Assembly (NCBI GenBank): GCA_012862495.1
Contig: BLSG01000449.1
Coordinates: 29,504 to 93,464, forward strand
Direction: 5' to 3'
DNA from: Thraustochytrium aureum
Lineage: Eukaryota
Length of the DNA: 63,961 nucleotides
Shown piece by piece: positions 58,001 through 63,961 of the stretch. Both the position numbers and the translations under genes were made by a program. Below the pieces are notes generated by a model. It did no database searches, was not told the origin of the DNA, and saw nothing but the letters and a program-made list of their open reading frames with translations. The number at the start of each line of letters is the position of its first letter. The first letter of the stretch is position 1.

Positions 58001-60330
58001 TTTTGCAGCGGGACAATGTCGAGCGCGCCGACGGCCGTGATGATCGTCGGGAGCGCCCGGACGAGGTCGCCCGCGTCAATCGAGGTCCCGTCTACGGCTT
58101 GGCACACTTTGGGGAGCAGCTCCTGAAAAATAGTCCGGAACGTCTCATAGGGGCCGGCTTTCGCGACATTGTCTGCGAAGAGCGGCTTGATGAGTGCGTT
58201 CTCGTCGAGGGCTCGACCAATCGCGAGGAGGCACGTCGTGGGGCCCCTGTCAGCGACCTTGCAAAGTTGCTGCGGGAGGAAAGCTGTGTTGTCGATCCCA
58301 TACGCAATGTCCGCGGCGAGCTGGCCCACTGTGGCCTCTGGGCAGCTGGAGGCCGGCCACGCAGGCACGTACGACTTGAAGGCTGCTATTTGGGACAGAT
58401 CTTGGTACCACTGGACAAGATCGGGGATTTGGCGCACGATGTTTGCCGCATTCAGCGAGTTGCCGAGCTGTCCGTCCGGCCTGTCCAAGTCGATCAAGCG
58501 GCGCGTAATTGCGCACGCGCCTGGGATCGTCTCGGTGATGACGGCCCGCAATGTGCCTTTGCCAATGGCTTCTCGTGCGAACGAGAGCTGGTCGAGGCCG
58601 TCAGAGAGGCGCGTCATGCACTTGCTGCCGCTCACCTTGTCGCCGCACACCACTCGAATCATGTCGAGGGGCGAGCCTGTGTCAAGCGCGGCGTCGATCT
58701 CCTCGACGAGCTGGGCAAACTCGTTCCCGCACGCGACTACCGTGCTGTGCACTCCTGGTAGGATGCTGTCCAGGAGGCCAAGGTCGAGGTCGCTGTAGAG
58801 TCGAAGGAGCACGGGGAGCTGGGAGAAGAGCGTCTCCATGGAGAAGAGCCCAAAGTTGGATATGGCCTTGCAGAGCGAAGGAAGGACCTTCTCGGTGAGC
58901 TTGTGCAGGTGGCCATTTCCGAGAGCCTCTGCAATCCAGTCCACTTGGTCAATGTTGCGCAGAAGCCCTGTGAGGCAGTCCTGCGTTGCACTTGGGCCGA
59001 GAGCTCTGCAAACCACGGTTGGCGCAGCCTCGATGCTAGCGCCGTCCCGGAACAAGCCTTTGTAGATGGCTTGCCCCGCGCTGCCCAACAAAGGAGCGCA
59101 GCCCCGCGGCACGGTCGGAAAGTAGTCTTTGAGGATTGCGTAGCGCGTGAGCCGGGCGAGGACTTCCAGGAGGACCTCGAGCTTTGTGCCCGTGCCCGGG
59201 CTGCCGTCTGGGTTCCTAGCTACGTCAAAGAGGCTCTCCCAGCGGTCGAGGAAGCTTGTCACAGACCCAGAGAGGAGCCCGACCTTGGAGAGCTGGAAGC
59301 AGATTGCTGGAATGTCGAGGTAGAGCGACGTCATGAGCAACCTGATCTCGGTGATGACGTCTCGGACGTCCTCGGGAAGAAGCCCGACGACCGGCTTGGT
59401 AAGCGCGACCGTAAGCACCGTCGAGAGTTGGTACAAGCAGCCGCGCATCGGTGGCTGAGCGTCGCACATAGCCTTGGGATAGTAGAACACGGCTTGCTCC
59501 TTGTACTTGCTGTACGCGGCAAAAGCTCCCGCCGCTTCTCCGCACTTGTTCAATTCGATTATGCCCGCGATCGAGTCGAGGTCTTTGACGATCGACATGA
59601 ACTCGGGCAGCTCGCGCAGCCAGTCGTCGAGGGTCCAAGCCCCGTCGGCAACCTGTTGCACCTTTTCAAGCAAGTGGCAGGTCTCCTCCATGCTGAGTCC
59701 GTCCATCGCGAGAGAGACACCAAAGCACAGCGCGGTTCTGCCGCACTCGCCTGCCTCTCCGCTGCAATAGATCGGGAGCACAAACAATTCTCGCCCGCCG
59801 TGCGCTTCCCGCTCGATTACCTGTGCATCGTTGAGCGCCCTTCGGCGCTCCTCAGATGCTTGAGTCGCATCGTCACGGAGCCAGGCGCTCGAAAGCGGGA
59901 CGTCATAGCCTTCCGCGCGTAAGATGCGCGCCACGTCTGCAGAGACAAAGTAAGGGAGCCGTTTGAGCTCCTCCTCAAATGGGACGGAGCTCTGCGCGGC
60001 AAGCTCGGGATGCCTCGCTCGAAAGCTCTTGCGCAGGTGCTGCGCAAATTCGATCTTGCGCCGCTCCAGAGCGACCTCCTCCTCAAGCCGCAGCGGAGAG
60101 CGGGACGCAAATTCTCGCTTCACGGGGTCAAAATGGCGCGAGGCCACGGTGAGTTCGACAAGCAAAGCGCCAAAGCCGACGTACCCGTCACTGGGCGAGA
60201 ACGAGGCGCCCTTCAAGAGCGGCGCCTCAGCTCCTTGCTCGGCAAGCTCAGCGCTGCCCAGCGCTGCAGCGGGCACGGCGCCGGCTGCCAGAACTGCTGC
60301 CACTGCGGCAACGCACCTGAAGACACGCAT
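49039..60330 (-). CDS. Giant (~3,760 aa) intronless type I membrane protein with ~29-30 helical four-Cys repeats
   Basis: 11.3-kb open frame; signal peptide from ATG 60330 (MRVFRCVAAVAAVLAAG); recurring 90-125-aa unit; single TM GLIAGVVVGALVLLTAIAMAA; ~75-aa cytoplasmic tail. Confidence 0.92.
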   Translation of the reverse strand: MRVFRCVAAVAAVLAAGAVPAAALGSAELAEQGAEAPLLKGASFSPSDGYVGFGALLVELTVASRHFDPVKREFASRSPLRLEEEVALERRKIEFAQHLRKSFRARHPELAAQSSVPFEEELKRLPYFVSADVARILRAEGYDVPLSSAWLRDDATQASEERRRALNDAQVIEREAHGGRELFVLPIYCSGEAGECGRTALCFGVSLAMDGLSMEETCHLLEKVQQVADGAWTLDDWLRELPEFMSIVKDLDSIAGIIELNKCGEAAGAFAAYSKYKEQAVFYYPKAMCDAQPPMRGCLYQLSTVLTVALTKPVVGLLPEDVRDVITEIRLLMTSLYLDIPAICFQLSKVGLLSGSVTSFLDRWESLFDVARNPDGSPGTGTKLEVLLEVLARLTRYAILKDYFPTVPRGCAPLLGSAGQAIYKGLFRDGASIEAAPTVVCRALGPSATQDCLTGLLRNIDQVDWIAEALGNGHLHKLTEKVLPSLCKAISNFGLFSMETLFSQLPVLLRLYSDLDLGLLDSILPGVHSTVVACGNEFAQLVEEIDAALDTGSPLDMIRVVCGDKVSGSKCMTRLSDGLDQLSFAREAIGKGTLRAVITETIPGACAITRRLIDLDRPDGQLGNSLNAANIVRQIPDLVQWYQDLSQIAAFKSYVPAWPASSCPEATVGQLAADIAYGIDNTAFLPQQLCKVADRGPTTCLLAIGRALDENALIKPLFADNVAKAGPYETFRTIFQELLPKVCQAVDGTSIDAGDLVRALPTIITAVGALDIVPLQNEMPQVHAFFKSQSCSTQMAKFAAWVADIIDGKDTNTLSRICSRVSHNSCLVRLSRAIDTVSFIREQIGAGSLEHVVDGIIPQVCTSIVTATGEFSVENLVSRLPDLLLLVDALARRPAALQDRRLAGSASASLYPLQAYIPRIPVDLHCRNAFQAMAQEFTEFAFVESYSFSELIREICVRWPQLDYPRCLVELGDAFDDVELIRAQLGGRGVIQTVATTLLPSACQLLSPDSSLVDWNSTGIIESLPTILDWYASLQPMAPSFVQGYLPKFPKEQCSDDVVANFQRLISFATATESIQASRVLDAVCLQASDAERGCIVALGDSIDEQPALLSALGLRKGFLQSLITVDIPRACSIIGDAFDNIHYASMIENIPEILRIITSLRANMPEFLRGYLPVIPHAQCDDRYNSTSAKFAKTLRVGGPGQIPGVLCGLEPAETECLALLGDAMDGVEIFVELIGGRGLVRYALQVVSGYACPLFHELENLEIADLARQLPHALEIVNTLHTNFTLLREYIPGVPASCMNEVGRLSDSLAKAAELGANSATSPEEAMTHALCKETDASVKTCMAEFGGSLEKVQWIADMVPGTHSLALDLVKLLPLVCSLVFDVASAASQDFTNPDVILTYLPVLVSLLDGLKEIEFVQPFIPPISESCMGGFHTLAASLSARGVAGVPGALCDMPDGTNECLRKVGQDVAGMTVYSGLVPAGIVDEVLDTLPTACRLVSELGDFDYASIVSSIPSLLDLLHELNTIDALKAYVPDISIACSATYKTSLVPRFEKNGLAGLPHAVCGITSPEKACIRELVASVMGIPMIAELASSQLGAASASESASVVSVVDVVFEALPGACLVVDSLYESSSALSIADNVFLLIPHVLDLLDELSSFKILDDYVPRVSANCADEFRAFVAPSGALFKEDNLAMLPRTMCTALLQDHLKVPNCFVELAAEVDTLAFISPDMRTKPLVEALASILPTACQVIERVIQPPDGAIDFEAVFDVVPEIGSIYKQLRDGLPVALRDLAPPFPAEECKEATLLSISTKIKQAVLGEGEVDIPGLLCTGLNAADKTCIGALSDAIDQVALVREMLGRPGLLKEIIGEPLSAVCTLLGTPPADGEVDATSLLAHIDTVLHIVDRVHALAPDFAAEYLPVVPGGDCKSDAFPHISLVLSNFSVSALCDRDAARGLTSLDIECLALLGDAIEETPSLSKLLYGDEATAAAAHAQAGHQSLLRLLVHALDDIVCPAFDELGEISYQGIVAQLPRTFALIDALWAYPMLRSFVPRMPGTCLDSVEDLAAKLNNPALGVSAVLCQMGDSTRQCAFDFAESVQATSWAAGVVPDAKGLVAATFEVIPAVCLVLGDQGTFEPAQLLTYVPAVIDLFFEIDQVALTAGLYKVDIGDTCRGRVKELGTRLGQLSDLGLVPAELCASSLATFECLSLVGDNVETLPVLVDMLPRGVVRNLIGILRNVACPALGEILELDMLAFIKTIPDLVHVIGQLAQIDFLEPYMPQISPECQATFAGPIAEKLEYGARIAEEQGLLYLSTSLDFSGLSAVLCNYTGPEVDCFEHTVQAVGKVSLIANLITNSLPLQPNGTPYSVDGLVKAVFAIRTDACTLFDAMGSLDFSSLFGSMEQVVRIVYNLRKMPVLHTLLPEFGGEICVSAVENVTSYAGAPDALAKVCTINEAERGCMLLIARELDGISEVRQAFMFFSRTYRGKYTTMEATVRTTLYDVLDEACGVLSEMAHGIEGVRLARLFSNMPAFIQAMQHAASVPVIKDMVPKFGGECATDLQGYFAKHASKMTDEAGDILVMCRTSPKERACVLEFGAALESVPGVAQALPKGFVPAFVDSLDAGCQIFAANAGVGPALNKTVFLETLLPKLLISAGTIAGVDAPCLGSIRSSGGKLCKVDDSCVMHYMARISNLPLIGKFVPLSAGDLLVDLCAVRDGDQSMSVFLSKHLGGLLRAAADVQGVDNTCGTALRGVGADYDKGGMSAELVCHGLHVESESPGSDCVDQLTSSLAKVPMASAFVPDGLADLVHESCAYLVAEERDIFSLLPHLATLLHVLGNLLGHPSDSCGQQLIDVTATLAAKGEFSSRDFCSAVDQQCVTEIVLSLRKLPFVGTSLPTGLDELIGASCAMVTDRASYAALVSHIPTLFHAMGSIVVGNHGKVSDLCRTEVELEFDLNSRGGRNAAAFDARKICNIEDVCTKELVESMQSLPLVGEHVPDSVVDLLKDVCEMQKHVPASGQLKMSDNATDSSGLASFLPNILLVLGKVLGDSGSSKRALLYGTAEEQQNCGKKISDFALSGPLFSTRDMCAAVPGPCMVLVEEMLGRLPIVRDFVPKRSGEMLATACSVINAKGDSRKVLLERLPSLLAIGASVLELDDVCKTELDNVAALFKSKGGALDGALLCDSLSGDKQDCLDQISSGLSGLPFVGASVPPGVKELLAGTCALIDETVTLREYIAREGPLLLRTASMIAGVSHTCKVAFQGVDQDDVASAAALCSGVGPPCLGELSQGLSTVPLVGEYFPGGLDLLFDGVCAFVEGYEGWVQFARDTLPQLAAVVGKSLTNSDVCAYQLQSFGVASFRAGAIDVESLCRIQPTCRDTLLESLTELPFWGPFLPTATRDMVVGVCRIHDEENSATVGHTEAHKIRHFLAGNLVVVVEFVENLVPLREACHSDLVSSIEAMRVELELHDRFDPLAAVCKKVSEGCLADFVAGYRALPLFSQLVPKDADVLVTLSCPLAQLPDSKSVIEAMFRDGGFLDQLGPQLPTLASFSAGTPECLAKVQDAASDPRAGSAGSWRFLFGCVVGELCMAQVFDGLLKLPLVDQVVSSLEESDQKVLHAVRSMVVDQPCEEGGDGPRQTDSPSAGARGADSAASGGRAGLIAGVVVGALVLLTAIAMAAKLYLRPAKLPNSLSVYQDDDEATDGLGSPLSPGTSQAIVSRAPYDDGFDKLFPGTSDQTESAKRTPAASAQVQSLARRA

Positions 60331-61505
60331 GGCGAGGTACGCTGCCGTTTTCGAAGCCAAACCAAAAAAGCAACCGCGTCCGGCCCGAGAACCTCCCGCC
60401 TACTNNNNNNNNNNNNNNNNNNNNNNNNNNNNNNNNNNNNNNNNNNNNNNNNNNNNNNNNNNNNNNNNNNNNNNNNNNNNNNNNNNNNNNNNNNNNNNNN
60501 NNNNNNNNNNNNNNNNNNNNNNTTTGCTGCTGCGCGCGCGGGCCCGCTCCCCGCGTGTCTCTGGCGTCTGGCGGAGGAGCGAAAATGGCGCAGTTTTGGA
60601 TTTGGATGTGGTCCCGCCAGCGGGTCTAACCAAATCCTCCAGATCCTCCAAACCCACTTCCTCCGCACTGGTCCGCCAGGCGCACCAAAGCCGGCGCGTC
60701 TGGTCGCGCTCCGTCGCAGCTGCCGCGCAAAAGGGCGCTCTCGCGAGAGTGGGCTCCTGGGCGCGAAGGCGTTCTGGGCTAGCAGAGTCGCTTGAGACTC
60801 GTTTCAACGGTAAACGTGAACGGTCGGCCCAGGCGTTTTGCGAGGAGGTCGAGACCTGTCCGAATCAACAAGGATGCCACGCGTTGCGTTGCGTTGCTCT
60901 CTGCTGCCGTCGCGAGACGGGGGCTCCCGCCGCCCGCATGGTCGTCGTTGTAGTCATGTAGGGCCTGCGGTTGACTGCTGTGAGCAGCATCGCGCGACGT
61001 CTGTGCGAGCCTAATACGCGCGCCACGGGCGCGCGCGCCGCGCAGCGCCCCTCGCTACATTCGTGTTGTTGTTGTTGTTTTCGTGCGGCCTCTGCAGAGC
61101 CTTCCAACCGCGAGAGCGGGGGAAAGCCGCTGAGCGACCGAGTTGCTGGCAAGTGGAAAATGGTCTTGTCTTCCAAGATCAAAGGGCCATTATCCGTCAG
61201 GCGCTTCGCCATCTTCAGACTTTGGCTTGTCAGTCTGGTTCCTATGCGACTGGTCTGGGGGCTCTTCAACACGCGGCCTCCGTCGCGCGTAGAGAAGCCC
61301 CGTCACTGGCCGCAGACGGAGGCAACCAAGAAAAAAAATCAAAGGAAATGCAGCCCAGGACGGCCTTGTTTACAACGTGCACGCAGAGTTCTGGGTTCGC
61401 CTGGAGCAGCAACGCAAGGGCCTTGGAGCAGTCGAGTTCTACGGTGAATACAACCATGCACACAAAACCACGGCGAGCGCAATCTGAAAGCTCTCCCGGT
61501 GCAAG

Positions 61506-62009
61506 CTACCACCGGGCGTGGTAGTATCGCTGCATCGCGCAGGCGTTGCATGACATGAAATCTTCGTCAACTTGGCAGTTCTGCGCGCCGCAAGTGAGGC
61601 ACGTGGCGACAGCGTCTCGTTGAGAGCATGCTTCGTGCAAATCACACGGCATGCACTGCGCGCAAAACTCGCAGTCAGAGCACACCACCGTAAAGCCGCA
61701 CCCCGCCGCGCAAACGCTTCGCTCCTCGTATTGTTGAAGCGAGCGCCGGCACGAGCTGCAATGGCCCACAGACGGCTTCCTGGACCTCGTGTCGGCCTCC
61801 AGCCGCCTGTCTTCATAGGCCGTCATGGCATCCCGAGCAAGGTCGAGCTCTGCTTGCACGCGATCGCGTCTCTCGTTGATCCGCTCCCACTCTAATTGCA
61901 CGCGGCGGTACTCTGCTGCGGCGCGGTTGAACTCCTCGTAGACTCGCACACCCGTGGGCACAGTCGTGCTCTTCCGGCTCCTGCCCCGCGAGCGAGCCCT
62001 CGAGTGCAT
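61506..62009 (-). CDS. Small protein with a coiled coil and Cys-rich (multiple CxxC) zinc-binding domain
   Basis: Heptads RVQLEWERINERRDRVQAELDLARD; CSSC, CAAGC, CSDC, CAQC, CLTC, CNAC. Confidence 0.65.
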   Translation of the reverse strand: MHSRARSRGRSRKSTTVPTGVRVYEEFNRAAAEYRRVQLEWERINERRDRVQAELDLARDAMTAYEDRRLEADTRSRKPSVGHCSSCRRSLQQYEERSVCAAGCGFTVVCSDCEFCAQCMPCDLHEACSQRDAVATCLTCGAQNCQVDEDFMSCNACAMQRYYHARW

Positions 62010-62486
62010 CCTCGCTCGTTCCACGTCGTCCTTGTGGGCCGCCGGCACAGCTGGTGATGGTCGATGGGGTCTGATGGACACAGCTGGTGATGGTTGATGG
62101 GGGTCTGTCTGATGGCCACAGCCTGTTCGCGCCTTGCTGCCTGCCATCACGGGGCGTGCGTGCCTCTGCGACACGCGTGCTGGCGTCGGACACGGGTAGG
62201 TCTCAGGGCGTGCAGGCCAAGGACAGCTCGTGGCCTGCGTCCAATGAGGTCCAATGTGAGCGTTGAGGTCACGGTGGTCACGGTGACGTGATGTTCTCNN
62301 NNNNNNNNNNNNNNNNNNNNNNNNNNNNNNNNNNNNNNNNNNNNNNNNNNNNNNNNNNNNNNNNNNNNNNNNNNNNNNNNNNNNNNNNNNNNNNNNNNNN
62401 NNNNNNNNNNNNNNNNNNNNNNNNNNNNNNNNNNNNNNNNNNNNNNNNNNNNNNNNNNNNNNNNNNNNNNNNNNNNNTCAAGGATG

Positions 62487-63434
62487 TCAATTCTCCGTTT
62501 TTCGTGTCAGCGCATCGCACACCTCGGCAATGCACGCTTCACAGCGGGCCTCGTCGTGCGGGCCGCGCGACTCCGAGTCGGCGGCCTGCCCCGGCTGTCC
62601 ACCTTGCCAGAGAAAGAGCGCGAAGCTAAACTCATCGCAGCGCTTGCATCCTTGCCTGAACTCTCGGTAGCTGTGCGCGCTAGTCCAAGTCTTGAGGCAG
62701 TGCTCGCATTCGAAGAACCCAAACGACTTCCTGCCAGTGAAGTCGCACCGCGGCACCCACTTGCCTTCAGCTTCAGGAAAGGGGGGGTCGAGGGTCGTGG
62801 GGTCAATCTTGCGTCTCGAATGGGCGTCGCGCTCGTGCTGCTGCTTGGCTTGTTCGCTCGCGAAAGATCGATTGCACTTGCTGCACGAGAATCTAGTGGG
62901 GCTTTCGTCACCGTGAGCGTCGCGCTCGTGCTGCCGCTTGGCTTTTTCGCTCGCGAACGATCGATTGCAGGTCCCGCATGAACAGAAAGTGTCGTTCTCG
63001 TCACCGTGAGCGTCGCGCTCGTGCTGCCGCTTGGCTTTTTCGCTCGCGAACGATCGACTGCAGGTCCCGCACGGGAAATTGACGTTTTCGTCACGGTGAG
63101 CATCGCGCACGTGCTGTTGCTTGGCCGTTTCACTCGCGAACGATCGACTGGAGGTCCCGCATGAACAGAAAATGTCGTTTTCGTCACGGTGAGCATCGCG
63201 CACGTGCTGTTGCTTGGCCTTTTCACTCGCGAAAGTTCGACTGCAGGTCCCGCACGAGAAAATGACGTTTCCGTCACGGTGAGCATCGCGCTCGTGCTGC
63301 CGCTTGGCTTTTTCGCTCGCGAACGATCGACTGCAGGTCCCGCACGGGAAAACGCTCTCCTTTCGCCCCGCGTTGAGCGTTAACGATCCAAGCGCCTCGG
63401 CGAGGGCCATACCCGCATTGTTGCTTGGAGCCAT
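62487..63434 (-). CDS. Six tandem C2H2 zinc fingers plus a C-terminal 3CxxC zinc finger (ZAR1/ZCCHC24/RTP-type)
   Basis: F.CGTCSRSFASEKAK.QH.RDAH x6 (one with Cys->Ser); FGFFECEHC.KTWTSA.S..FRQGCKRC...PHDEARCEAC. Confidence 0.9.
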   Translation of the reverse strand: MAPSNNAGMALAEALGSLTLNAGRKESVFPCGTCSRSFASEKAKRQHERDAHRDGNVIFSCGTCSRTFASEKAKQQHVRDAHRDENDIFCSCGTSSRSFASETAKQQHVRDAHRDENVNFPCGTCSRSFASEKAKRQHERDAHGDENDTFCSCGTCNRSFASEKAKRQHERDAHGDESPTRFSCSKCNRSFASEQAKQQHERDAHSRRKIDPTTLDPPFPEAEGKWVPRCDFTGRKSFGFFECEHCLKTWTSAHSYREFRQGCKRCDEFSFALFLWQGGQPGQAADSESRGPHDEARCEACIAEVCDALTRKTEN

Positions 63435-63961
63435 CGAGTGGAGGTTGGTCCGCCAATCTCTCTGTCCGCGATTTCTTGCACAAATCTATTCGACGACGTT
63501 GGGGGTTTGCCGACTGCTTCGCTGACCGCCAAGCCCTCTTTGCATGTTGCTGAAGCAGCAGCAAGCTCAGCCCGCGCCTCCCCGCAGTGCAACTAGCAGG
63601 AATACATGCCTCGGCACGTCGTCCCCGCAACTCCTGACAAAAGCAATCGCGCGAGCTGGAAGCGGCGAATGAGGAGCGGGATGGGGCAAGCAGGCCTTCC
63701 ACGCACTCTGAGATGGGCGAGATGGGCGCTGCGAACAGCGCCTGGAGGGAGTAAAGGGATTCGTCTTTGAGCGCAAAATTGCTTGTGTCCTGGCGGTCAA
63801 AACCTCGCCCTCAAGCTCTCCGCAGCCTTGGCGGCCGAGCTGTTCGTCGAGCTCGGCCGTCTTCCGGGCCCCTTGCCTTTTGTGCCCGAGACGCAGCGTG
63901 GGCAGCGCGAGACGAGCCCATGGTGTCCGAGGATGGCGGCCCCCTTTTCGCCGCGGCCACG

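Noticed and set aside
49039..60330. Saposin or elicitin assignment for the giant-protein repeats
   Set aside because: Units have about 4 Cys with different spacing from the 6-Cys patterns of those families; left unassigned pending structural search
60525..61272. Possible fragmented minus-strand gene upstream of the giant protein
   Set aside because: Several short frames with no homology cue; cannot be supported

Overview
GC-rich (roughly 60-65% by eye), gene-dense, intron-poor eukaryotic nuclear scaffold with 11 N-gaps. Gene content, GTAAGT/GTACGT donors with CTAAC/CTGAC branch sites, and RxL/LRG-type secretory pro-motifs suggest a stramenopile, most plausibly a labyrinthulomycete (inference). 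About 23 protein genes are supported. Well recognised: BET-type bromodomain+ET protein, three-repeat MYB (MYB3R), RPS6, sulfotransferase, K+-dependent H+-PPase, four-exon HSBP1 (missed by the ORF track), retinoblastoma-related protein, hevein/CBM18 protein, ACBP ending in SKL, WDR91, ABCC transporter, ODR-4-like, CENP-T, a TRP/FLC-like membrane protein and a C2H2-array+3CxxC zinc finger protein. Most novel candidates: (1) an intronless ~3,760-aa type I surface protein built from ~29-30 copies of an unrecognised 4-Cys helical repeat; (2) a CENP-T with three TPRT(L/F)IR Ndc80-binding-type motifs; (3) a secreted long-helix protein with six Cys/Trp repeats; (4) a stand-alone MLKL/4HB-like protein. 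Six genes are broken by frameshifts, mostly one base short. These are most likely assembly errors, but this is testable. No rRNA, tRNA, CRISPR array or recognisable transposon was seen. All homology calls are by eye, with no database searches run.
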